Origin: Halomicronema hongdechloris C2206
GTDB lineage: Bacteria > Cyanobacteriota > Cyanobacteriia > Phormidesmidales > Phormidesmidaceae
Direction of reading: 5' to 3'
NCBI RefSeq assembly: GCF_002075285.3
Contig: NZ_CP021983.2
Coordinates: forward strand, 690,001 to 722,000
Length of the DNA stretch: 32,000 bases
Made by a program: the position numbers and the translations under genes. The number at the start of each line of letters is the position of its first letter. Positions within the stretch are counted from its first letter, which is position 1. Below, piece by piece: positions 17,056 to 24,121 of the stretch. The notes below the pieces were generated by a model. It was given only the letters and a program-made list of their open reading frames with translations. It made no database searches and was not told where the DNA came from.

Positions 17056-17317
17056 CCCCTGGCTCTAGGAGCCCCGGGTTGTAAGCATTCTAGCGTGCAA
17101 TTTCGAGGGATAGCTCAGCCGCGGCCAGATCATCATCAAATCGCGCCTCTAAAACCGCTGAAACCCTTGCCCTACAAGCAGTCGAGGGATAGAACGAGAG
17201 AATGGGCCTTGCAGCCATTTCCGCTATCCCTCGCGGCGACACTGGCACACCATCAGATCACAGAGCAGCCAATGCTACTCCCTATAATGGGCCATATCGA
17301 CGCCCGAGGAGACCCCA
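17056..17317. promoter_or_regulatory. putative CRISPR leader (minus) and divergent promoter region of 17318..18100 (plus)
   Basis: This is a 262-nt intergenic region next to the newest-looking repeat. TATAAT lies at 17283-17288 and GAGGAG is 8 nt before the GTG at 17318. The 11-mer TCGAGGGATAG occurs at 17103-17113 and 17182-17192, and its complement CTATCCCTCG at 17224-17233. I could not pick a convincing minus-strand -10 box by eye. Confidence 0.45.
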
Positions 17318-18100
17318 GTGGATTGGATCAGCGGCATCGCGCAAACTCCGGCACCCACCGCCCAAGAGCTGGAACTACTGCGGCAGCAGATCGAGTTTCT
17401 CAAAGAGGCTAACGCCGAGCTAGAAGAGACCTTTGCCCGCTATGTCGACATGGTGCAATTGACCCTGAAAACGGCTGGCGGCGTTGTGGGGGTGGTGGCT
17501 GTTTTGGGAGCCGCCGTCTCCATCAAAAGCTTGCAAGACTTTCGCGCCACCCTCAAGAACGTCAATACCCGCGTGCGCGAGGAAGTCGAGCAGGTGATCG
17601 CCATCGCCCTGCGGCAAGAACGGCAGCGATTGCGGCGTCTAGAGAGCATCCTAGCCCGAGAAGACATTCCCGAACGCCTCTCCCTCACCTATTTAGTGCC
17701 CAGCACCAGACCCCAGCGGCAACTGCCCAGCCTCACCCGACTGTTAGACATTCTTGCGGGCCGGGGCTTTCAGCCAAAGTTGAGCTTTCAGCCTAGCTTC
17801 AGCGACCCCGCCGCCGCCCAGCAACAGCCTGATCTCACCACCGATATTGTGGTCTTAGATCTCTACCACGGCGGCTTCGCCCTCGATACCGAACGAGCCA
17901 ACCCCACCATCCAGGCGGTGGCGGCCAAGTTGCCCTCCCAGCAAGCGGCCCTGGTGGTGTACGGCAACGCCCGCTTTTACCAGGCCGTCACCGACCTGAC
18001 CGAGCAGGGCGAGTACTGCGGTGCCTCGAATAACCCCCTGTCGTTAGTGGCGCGGGTGCTGGAGGCGGCCTATGTCATGGATGCCGTCAGGGCTGGCTAA
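17318..18100 (+). CDS. membrane-anchored protein of unrecognised family; high-GC paralogue of 23250..24083
   Basis: 260 aa: an N-terminal coiled-coil-like segment, one hydrophobic helix (TAGGVVGVVAVLGAAVSI), a charged helix, then an alternating beta/alpha C-terminal domain. Blocks shared with 23250..24083 are LAxE...L..L...RGF; (V/L)V(L/I)D(L/F)xH(G/S)G; (A/I)LV(V/I)Y; Yx(G/T)(A/S)xN(N/T)P..L...V..AAYVxD. Confidence 0.7.
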   Translation: MDWISGIAQTPAPTAQELELLRQQIEFLKEANAELEETFARYVDMVQLTLKTAGGVVGVVAVLGAAVSIKSLQDFRATLKNVNTRVREEVEQVIAIALRQERQRLRRLESILAREDIPERLSLTYLVPSTRPQRQLPSLTRLLDILAGRGFQPKLSFQPSFSDPAAAQQQPDLTTDIVVLDLYHGGFALDTERANPTIQAVAAKLPSQQAALVVYGNARFYQAVTDLTEQGEYCGASNNPLSLVARVLEAAYVMDAVRAG

Positions 18101-18163
18101 CGCTGCAACCAGTACAATGGCCCTAAGAAACCCTTACCTGTGGCTCAACAGGAGGTGTTGGCG

Positions 18164-18274
18164 ATGGCTCCCCGCCCAAAACCGACAGCCGTTCCTATTT
18201 ATCAACTCAAAATCACCCTAAGGGATGCCAAACCACCGATTTGGCGATGGGTGCAGGGACCCAGCACCATCTAG
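18164..18274 (+). pseudogene. N-terminal 36-codon fragment of a plasmid pRiA4b ORF-3-like family gene
   Basis: AGGAGG then ATG 18164: MAPRPKPTAVPIYQLKITLRDAKPPIWRWVQGPSTI*. The YQLK-TL-D--PPIWRR motif marks the start of this roughly 200-aa family, and the frame is truncated by a TAG at 18272-18274. Confidence 0.5.
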
Positions 18275-18322
18275 ATGAGACCAATCGGCAGCTCAAGCGG
18301 ATTCGCTAAGGCAGAGGGCGAC

Positions 18323-18847
18323 ATGACGCAAGAACTCATGGATTTGAGGCGTAGCCTAATAGAGGGACGCTACGAGGATGCTTTGTTGCTGGTCGATGAG
18401 CTAGAAAGCATGGGGAAGCAGGCTATCCTACGCAACATCGAGTCTTTTCTCGTGCGATTACTGGTGCATTTGATTAAAAATCAGGTGGAACAGCGACTGA
18501 CTCATTCATGGCTCGTCTTGATTTCAGACTCCATTGTGCAGATTAGCAAGTTGAATCTACGCGATAACAAGACCAGCTACTACATCAAACCGGATGAGTG
18601 GGAGCCTTATCTGGAGGATGCTTTAGCAGAGGCTGTCCTACCCGCTAGTTTGGAGACCCTAGAGGGGAAGCTCAAGCCTAAACAACTCGCTGACCGCATC
18701 GATCGCTCCAGTGTGCTAGCGATGGCCAAACGGCTATTAAGCCTGATGTATGAAACCCCTCGCCGAGACTTGCCTGCCCGCATAAATACGGTGTTGGCAA
18801 CGCTGCCGGGTGGGGCAGAGTGGTTTGAGACAGATGACGTGGTATAG
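18323..18847 (+). CDS. DUF29-like helical protein
   Basis: The likely start is the ATG at 18323 (the track ORF begins at 18275). MTQELMDLRRSLIEGRYEDALLLVDELESMGKQAILRNIESFLVRLLVHLIKNQVEQRLTHSW... It is a paralogue of 2978..3427. Confidence 0.55.
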   Translation: MTQELMDLRRSLIEGRYEDALLLVDELESMGKQAILRNIESFLVRLLVHLIKNQVEQRLTHSWLVLISDSIVQISKLNLRDNKTSYYIKPDEWEPYLEDALAEAVLPASLETLEGKLKPKQLADRIDRSSVLAMAKRLLSLMYETPRRDLPARINTVLATLPGGAEWFETDDVV

Positions 18848-18854
18848 CCTGCTC

Positions 18855-19520
18855 TCACGACTCTGGAGACGACATCGCGGCTAGCCGTTGCCTGACCCAG
18901 GTGCGAAAGGCTATCTCGGCGGCGACTTCATCCTGCTGGGCGGTTTCTAGGAAACGGTAGAGATCTGCCTTGGCAATCCAGGGAAAGGTGGGGCTGTGGG
19001 GCACAGCTTGGTATGAGTCGCCCTGGAGTTGATAGATGCGCCAGGTTTGTCCGTCGTAGCGCCACAGTTCTGGCACCCCTAATGCAGCATAGAGGCGGTT
19101 TTTGTCGATGTCGGTGGAGGTGATATCGATCTCGACGACGAGGTCAGGGGGAGGATCTTGGGCTAGGTCAATGGTCCGGCCCGCGACTTGGGGTTGATTG
19201 TGAATGTAGTAGGCGTTATCAGGCTCGGCACCGCGATCGAGGTCAGGGCGATTGAGGGTGGTGGAGCGTAGGGATTTGAGCCGCAGCCCCATTTCTACGG
19301 CCAAAATCCGAATGAAAAGACCAATCAACTCGCTGGCATATTCGTGGTCTTCTAGGGGCATGACAATTTCTAGGGTGCCCTCAGCGTAGGTGAGATGGGC
19401 GGCCCGACTCTGGGGCAAGGCATGATAAATCTGCTGATATTGTTGCCAGGCTAATCCCCGTAGGGCGACCCGTTGTTCGCCCCGTTGGGTAGCTGGTGCT
19501 GGGGTTAGGGTTCTGGCCAT
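18855..19520 (-). CDS. Uma2-family (DUF820) putative endonuclease
   Basis: Motifs: TYAEGTLEIVMPLEDHEY, EPDNAYYI, PPDLVVEIDITSTDIDKNRLYAALGVPELWRYDGQ. Confidence 0.75.
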   Translation of the reverse strand: MARTLTPAPATQRGEQRVALRGLAWQQYQQIYHALPQSRAAHLTYAEGTLEIVMPLEDHEYASELIGLFIRILAVEMGLRLKSLRSTTLNRPDLDRGAEPDNAYYIHNQPQVAGRTIDLAQDPPPDLVVEIDITSTDIDKNRLYAALGVPELWRYDGQTWRIYQLQGDSYQAVPHSPTFPWIAKADLYRFLETAQQDEVAAEIAFRTWVRQRLAAMSSPES

Positions 19521-19580
19521 AGGATTGACAGGGTGAAGATGCTTCTATCGTAGCGAGTTGGGCTCAGGGGATAGAATGCC

Positions 19581-19654
19581 GCTGGCAGGCGATGCGATCG
19601 CAGACCTCTACGAACATCTTAGCCAGGTGTCTGGGGGGTTAGAGATGCGATCGC
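19581..19654. repeat. HIP1-capped palindromic intergenic repeat, copy A
   Basis: GCTGGCAGGCGATGCGATCGCAGACCTCTACGAACATCTTAGCCAGGTGTCTGGGGGGTTAGAGATGCGATCGC. The ends GCGATCGCAGACCTCTA and TAGAGATGCGATCGC are inverted. Confidence 0.7.
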
Positions 19655-19802
19655 GGGGTAGTGATGTAGACACTCAATCTCAGAAATGGCCTGTTCCAGG
19701 GGAATCGCTTCTTTCTGCATTTGGCACTGATTACATGGAGGGCGGGGAGGTAGGAATCTGTGAGATAGGATTCTGCTAGCCTACTGACTAAGGGGTAGCA
19801 AC

Positions 19803-20270
19803 ATGACTCAGCCATACAAAATTTACTTAGATGTCTGTTGCCTCAACCGCCCCTTTGACGGTTGGCAGCAAGATCGAGTTCGTTTTGAAGGGGAAGCCGT
19901 ACTGACAATTTTGCAACGAGTCCGGGCAGGAGAGTGGCAACTAATCAGTAGTGAAGCGGTTGAAGCTGAGCTAGAAAGGCTCCCTAACCCTGAAAAGCGG
20001 GAGAGTATTTTGCAACTACTCGACCTGGCAAGCATGACCGTAACGCTTGATGCCCAAATTGACCAGCGATCTCAAGCTCTAGAAAATTTGGGGTTTGGCC
20101 TTTATGATTCATTCCATATTGCCTGTGCAGAAACCACTGGCGTAGATATCCTGCTCACTACAGACGATCGACTACTCAAACGAGCTGCACGCTATAAAGA
20201 GGACATCTGGGTTCAACTCATGAACCCAGTGCCCTGGCTGATGGATGTTTTATCCATTCCGGAGGAATAA
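19803..20270 (+). CDS. PIN-domain protein (toxin-like)
   Basis: 155 aa. YLDVCCLNRPFD at the N-terminus, YDSFHIACAE and ILLTTDDRLLK later. This is a PIN-like arrangement of acidic residues. Confidence 0.6.
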   Translation: MTQPYKIYLDVCCLNRPFDGWQQDRVRFEGEAVLTILQRVRAGEWQLISSEAVEAELERLPNPEKRESILQLLDLASMTVTLDAQIDQRSQALENLGFGLYDSFHIACAETTGVDILLTTDDRLLKRAARYKEDIWVQLMNPVPWLMDVLSIPEE

Positions 20271-20274
20271 CATT

Positions 20275-20499
20275 ATGACACCCATTGAACTCAGACAACG
20301 AGGCTATCAGGCATTAGTGGATGCCCTAGGGGTAGTTGATGCCATTCGTTTTTTGCAGCAAGCAGGCTGGGGAATCGGTAACTACACCACGGAACGGCAT
20401 CAGTGGTTAACTCCGGTCACCCGACAGGAGTTTTGGCAAGATGTGCAGCGAATTCGGGATCAAAAATCGCACCCTCTATCTTCTGATTCAGAAACCTGA
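20275..20499 (+). CDS. small partner protein of the PIN gene (antitoxin-like, family unknown)
   Basis: The ATG at 20275 is preceded by GGAGGA and lies 5 nt after the PIN stop. MTPIELRQRGYQALVDALGVVDAIRFLQQ..., 74 aa. Confidence 0.5.
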   Translation: MTPIELRQRGYQALVDALGVVDAIRFLQQAGWGIGNYTTERHQWLTPVTRQEFWQDVQRIRDQKSHPLSSDSET

Positions 20500-20634
20500 C
20501 AAAGCCATGCCTTCGCATTGGGTTTTACTATAGCAATCACAGTTGAATTTCGAACAGCATTCCATAGACTATAGGCTTTGTAAGCGATTCTCATTCTAAA
20601 TTCAGTTAGGCTTGCTATATGTGCTGGTCGGAGC

Positions 20635-20710
20635 CTGGCCCGTGAGGGCGATCGCAGACCTCTATGAAAATCTTGGGCAGTTGTCTTAGGGGTGGTTAGA
20701 GATGCGATCC
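20635..20710. repeat. HIP1-capped palindromic intergenic repeat, copy B
   Basis: CTGGCCCGTGAGGGCGATCGCAGACCTCTATGAAAATCTTGGGCAGTTGTCTTAGGGGTGGTTAGAGATGCGATCC. Confidence 0.7.
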
Positions 20711-20912
20711 AGGGTGTGGTCAGTCTAGAAAACTCTCAGGTTAACTAAACAGTTATTAGGCCTGATGAAGGAAATGCTGTATGCTTCCAAGTGCCAGCGT
20801 TAGGGATATCTTGCCGGATGCTTCAGTGTTCTCTGCCGGAAACGCGGGACGGACATGATTCAGATGCAGAGATGGAGTTGTTAAAATCTAGGTTGAATGC
20901 TCGGGAAGTTTT

Positions 20913-21128
20913 ATGTCTCCATCCAATCTTTCCCAAATGACCTTTGATGATCTTCAGCAAATCATTGCTCAAATTGTAGACGAGCGCATTGAGCAGTATT
21001 TGGCGTCATCCCCGTTGAAGCAGCCTCCCATTAAAGAAACGTTATCCTCAATTTCTCAGCACCGCTGGACTCCACCGCCTGATGCTCCAACGGTTGTTGA
21101 AATGCTTCGTTCTGATCGAGAGCGCTAA
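20913..21128 (+). CDS. small antitoxin-like protein upstream of a vapC remnant
   Basis: 71 aa. Its TAA overlaps the ATG of the truncated PIN ORF (TAATG at 21126-21130). Confidence 0.45.
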   Translation: MSPSNLSQMTFDDLQQIIAQIVDERIEQYLASSPLKQPPIKETLSSISQHRWTPPPDAPTVVEMLRSDRER

Positions 21129-21244
21129 TGGCTGAGACATATGTTGTTGATGCTAGCGTGCTCTGCCAACTCTTTATTGACCAAGAACATACTCCCCATA
21201 CAGAAAAATTCTTTGCAGGTGTTCCCGATCTCTACGAAGCTTGA
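21128..21244 (+). pseudogene. vapC-type PIN toxin remnant (first 38 codons only)
   Basis: MAETYVVDASVLCQLFIDQEHTPHTEKFFAGVPDLYEA*. The YVVDASV start is typical of VapC, and the frame ends at 21242-21244. Confidence 0.6.
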
Positions 21245-21407
21245 TTGGCGGACAAAAATCTCATAGCTGGTGGCTAGAAGCCGCGCCTATACGACACTAG
21301 CGTAGCCATACCTGAAGGGGTATAACCCGCCAGTTCTTCGAATTGCTTCGCTAACGCGGGTTACCCGCTAAGTAAGATAGCTCATTAAGTATCTGAGGTA
21401 AGTTGTT

Positions 21408-21641
21408 ATGGACACTGTCAAACAGCGATTGATTCAAGAACTCGACAAAACGCCCACGCCCCTGCTTCAGGAAATTTTCGATTTCGTTCTGTTTCTCAAG
21501 CAGCGATACTCCCAAAATCAGCCGCATTTCTCAGCTGGGTGGCAACCTAACTTTTTTGAAGAAGTCATTGGTAGTTGGGAAGGCGAAAAACTCGTCCGGG
21601 AGGCTCAGCCAGACTATGAGCAGCGAGAGGAGCTTCTGTGA
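21408..21641 (+). CDS. antitoxin of the adjacent VapC (DUF2281-like N-terminus)
   Basis: MDTVKQRLIQELDKTPTPLLQEIFDFVLFLKQRY... It has a 4-nt overlap (GTGA) with the vapC start at 21638. Confidence 0.65.
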   Translation: MDTVKQRLIQELDKTPTPLLQEIFDFVLFLKQRYSQNQPHFSAGWQPNFFEEVIGSWEGEKLVREAQPDYEQREELL

Positions 21642-22048
21642 CTGCCTATCTGCTTGATACTAACGTTTGTATCAAACTCCTAAACGGAGATAATCCGCGG
21701 GTTATTCAACGGCTAGCAGCCCAGAAACCAGAAGAGATTTATCTGTGTACAATTACACAACTAGAGCTGTTCTATGGTGCATATCGCGGTACTAAGACCG
21801 ATAAAAATCTGCCCAAGTTAGCACGCTTCTTCTCTCAATTTACTATCCTGAGCTTCGAACCGTTAGCGGCTGAAATTGCTGGAAAACTCAGAGCGAGGCT
21901 CCATCAGCTCGGAACCCCTATTGGTGGCTATGATCTTCAAATTGCCGCGATCGCCTTGGCCTATCAACTCACCCTCGTAACCCATAATACCCGTGAGTTT
22001 GGCCGAGTGGAGGGATTGCTGTATGAAGACTGGGAAGCTCAGCCATAA
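21638..22048 (+). CDS. vapC: VapC-family PIN-domain ribonuclease toxin
   Basis: MTAYLLDTNVCIKLLNG..., ITQLELFYGA, GGYDLQIAAIAL, LVTHNTREFGRVEGLLYEDW. This is a full-length canonical VapC motif set. Confidence 0.85.
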   Translation: MTAYLLDTNVCIKLLNGDNPRVIQRLAAQKPEEIYLCTITQLELFYGAYRGTKTDKNLPKLARFFSQFTILSFEPLAAEIAGKLRARLHQLGTPIGGYDLQIAAIALAYQLTLVTHNTREFGRVEGLLYEDWEAQP

Positions 22049-22107
22049 CTATAATGTTCGATAGCGTTGTTTTTTTCTGTGTAATGATTAGAAATTCCCC
22101 TATGAGT

Positions 22108-22176
22108 ACGATCGCTGGCCTCTACGAAAATCTTGGGCAGGTGTCTGGGGGGATTAGAGATGCGATCGCTGGCTGG
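22108..22176. repeat. HIP1-capped palindromic intergenic repeat, copy C
   Basis: ACGATCGCTGGCCTCTACGAAAATCTTGGGCAGGTGTCTGGGGGGATTAGAGATGCGATCGCTGGCTGGC. Confidence 0.7.
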
Positions 22177-22205
22177 CACAGAGAAACCGCGATCGACAGA
22201 GTACT

Positions 22206-22571
22206 CTACAAGGTTAATGGTAAATATTCAATTCGGTCTTGATATTCATGGTCATTGGATGCGCCTGCAATTATCAGCAACTCTTCAATGATTTCCCCAA
22301 TATTGCGCCCTAAGTCCATGACTAGAATGCCAGGGATATGACGATCTTGAGCCAGGTGATCCGCCAAGTGCTTGGGCATCGATTTGCGATTATTGGTTAC
22401 CAGGATGAAGTTATGAACTTCGCACCAGATCAGGATGTCTGGATCTAAAGTCCCTTTGGCAGGTGCATCGGGATCACCAATAATTCTGACGATCAGTTCC
22501 GGCTCCCGGCGCACCAGTTGGGTTCGGTATAGGGGCGGAATATGCTCATCTAGCAAATACTGGAGGCTCAC
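22206..22571 (-). CDS. DUF5615-like (PIN-like) toxin-type protein
   Basis: MSLQYLLDEHIPPLY..., DPDILIWCEVHNFILVTNNRK. It sits directly downstream of a DUF433-like gene, which is the known pairing. Confidence 0.6.
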   Translation of the reverse strand: MSLQYLLDEHIPPLYRTQLVRREPELIVRIIGDPDAPAKGTLDPDILIWCEVHNFILVTNNRKSMPKHLADHLAQDRHIPGILVMDLGRNIGEIIEELLIIAGASNDHEYQDRIEYLPLTL

Positions 22572-22585
22572 GACGATGGAATTGT

Positions 22586-22918
22586 CTATGTTGTAGTCTG
22601 AGTAATAATGTTCTCAGGTTTAAGCTGCCGAAGTCGGAGTCGGGCGGGGGAGGGGTGTTGCCGTTGCTGTTCTCGCTGTTGACGAGCAAATTCCAACCAG
22701 TCGGCGATGTAGGCGCTGACCTCTTCTTTGTTGTGCAGGTAGTAGAGGATGGTGGCATAGACTTGCTCTAGGGTGACAGTATGAAATTGCTGAGCAATTT
22801 CTTCGGGGGTTTTGCCGCGATAAATATATTCGTACAGGATACTCTCGATGCCGATGCGGGTGCCGCTGATGCGGATATCGTCGGGGGCGAGGAAGGTGAA
22901 GTAGTCTTGGAGGTTCAT
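22586..22918 (-). CDS. DUF433-like antitoxin-type protein
   Basis: APDDIRISGTRIGIESILYEYIYRGKTPEEIAQQFHTVTLEQVYATILYY matches the DUF433 core. Confidence 0.65.
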   Translation of the reverse strand: MNLQDYFTFLAPDDIRISGTRIGIESILYEYIYRGKTPEEIAQQFHTVTLEQVYATILYYLHNKEEVSAYIADWLEFARQQREQQRQHPSPARLRLRQLKPENIITQTTT

Positions 22919-22990
22919 GGTTTTTCTAAGGGGGTGGCTACTTCTATTATGGCAATGGCTACATGGAAAGATCCTTTAGGGACCATCAGT

Positions 22991-23070
22991 GCGATCGCTG
23001 GCTGGCGATGCGATCGCAGACTTCTATGAAAATATTAAGCAGTTGTCGGAGCGACTGCTAAGGGTTGGAT
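22991..23070. repeat. intergenic repeat, variant copy D1
   Basis: GCGATCGCTGGCTGGCGATGCGATCGCAGACTTCTATGAAAATATTAAGCAGTTGTCGGAGCGACTGCTAAGGGTTGGAT. It shares the left half with copies A-C. The right half forms AGCAGTTGTCG-GAG-CGACTGCT. Confidence 0.65.
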
Positions 23071-23086
23071 GAGAGCGCATCATCGA

Positions 23087-23183
23087 CTGGCCCGTGAGGG
23101 CGATCGCTGCCCTCTATGAAAATATTGAGCAGTTGTCGGAGCGACTGCTAAGGGTTGGATCGTTGAGTGGTGATGCGATCGCC
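23087..23183. repeat. intergenic repeat, variant copy D2 (tandem to D1)
   Basis: CTGGCCCGTGAGGGCGATCGCTGCCCTCTATGAAAATATTGAGCAGTTGTCGGAGCGACTGCTAAGGGTTGGATCGTTGAGTGGTGATGCGATCGCC. Its left flank CTGGCCCGTGAGGGCGATCGC is identical to copy B. Confidence 0.65.
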
Positions 23184-23249
23184 GTAGGCAACATAGGCAT
23201 CATTGAACGTGTGATTTAGAGATCTTTAGTGCGGTTGTCTCAATTAAAA

Positions 23250-24083
23250 TCAAGATCTGTAAATGCTATCAGCTACATAAGCCGCGTCCACGACTGCCCC
23301 CATCAAGGCTACAGGAGTGTTAGCAGATGTGTAGTACTTAATTTCTGAAAAATCAGTTGTTAAAGTGTCTATAGCTGCTATCCTACCTTCACCAGGACGA
23401 ATATAAATAACCAATATTGGATTTCCTTTTCTAGAACTGAGGATTCGACTAATTGTATGCTTGAAGATATTTTCTCGCTCTTGAAAGATTTTCTGTCTAT
23501 CATCGTTTTGAGTCGAATAGGGATTTGGTAAAATCCCTGAATGCACGAAATCAATCACCAAAACTTTTGCGAAAGGAGTCCTTTCCTCTCGTAAGTCATG
23601 CCACTTATTCACCCGGAAGCCTCGATCTTCTAATAATGAATGTTCTAGTAGAGAAATATCCCTGTCGGAAGTCAAATGATAGTCAATAACAGTTTCACGT
23701 ACTACTCTTTCAGCCAGAAGACTACGATCTAGATCTTCAATTTCTTCTTTGACTAGAGGTTGAAGGTGAGTAGCTAGCTCTTGACGCGCTATTTCTCTTG
23801 CAACCTTCTTAGCGTCATCAAGGCTATTTTTGAAGAACCAAGTGAGTAACGCTCCGATGATGCCAAGGAAACCAAGGAAGGCACTATTCATCTTAAGAAT
23901 GAACTCTAGCTGCCGTGCTAACACCTCTGACTCAACTTGTCCGACTTGTGGAGATGTCGGCGGTAACTCTATAAGTTTATAGATAGCAATAACCGCAGCA
24001 GCTATACAAAGTATGAAAGTTAGTGGTCTAAGCCACTCCTGAACAATAAATTCTTGAATATTACTACGATTTCTTTTGCGCAT
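23250..24083 (-). CDS. membrane protein of unrecognised family, last gene of the cmr operon; low-GC paralogue of 17318..18100
   Basis: The likely start is the ATG at 24083 (the track ORF starts at a TTG at 24125, overlapping the upstream stop). 277 aa. Hydrophobic helices are LTFILCIAAAVIAIYKLI and AFLGFLGIIGALLTWFF. A charged helix follows, then a beta/alpha domain (VIDYHLTSDRD, LLEDRGFRV, KVLVIDFVHSG, ILVIYIRPG, KYYTSANTPVALMGAVVDAAYVADS). Confidence 0.7.
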   Translation of the reverse strand: MRKRNRSNIQEFIVQEWLRPLTFILCIAAAVIAIYKLIELPPTSPQVGQVESEVLARQLEFILKMNSAFLGFLGIIGALLTWFFKNSLDDAKKVAREIARQELATHLQPLVKEEIEDLDRSLLAERVVRETVIDYHLTSDRDISLLEHSLLEDRGFRVNKWHDLREERTPFAKVLVIDFVHSGILPNPYSTQNDDRQKIFQERENIFKHTISRILSSRKGNPILVIYIRPGEGRIAAIDTLTTDFSEIKYYTSANTPVALMGAVVDAAYVADSIYRS

Positions 24084-24121
24084 AAAGCAGGTTCTGATAA
24101 AAACACCTACAGACTGGCATC

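Noticed and set aside
17318-24083. Whether either paralogous membrane protein could be a divergent Cas6, or one of the TA proteins a Cas2.
   Set aside because: There is no ferredoxin-like duplicated RAMP pattern or glycine-rich C-terminal loop as in Cas6, and the TM helices are incompatible with it. The small TA proteins carry clear PIN/VapC, DUF433 or antitoxin motifs rather than the Cas2 pattern.
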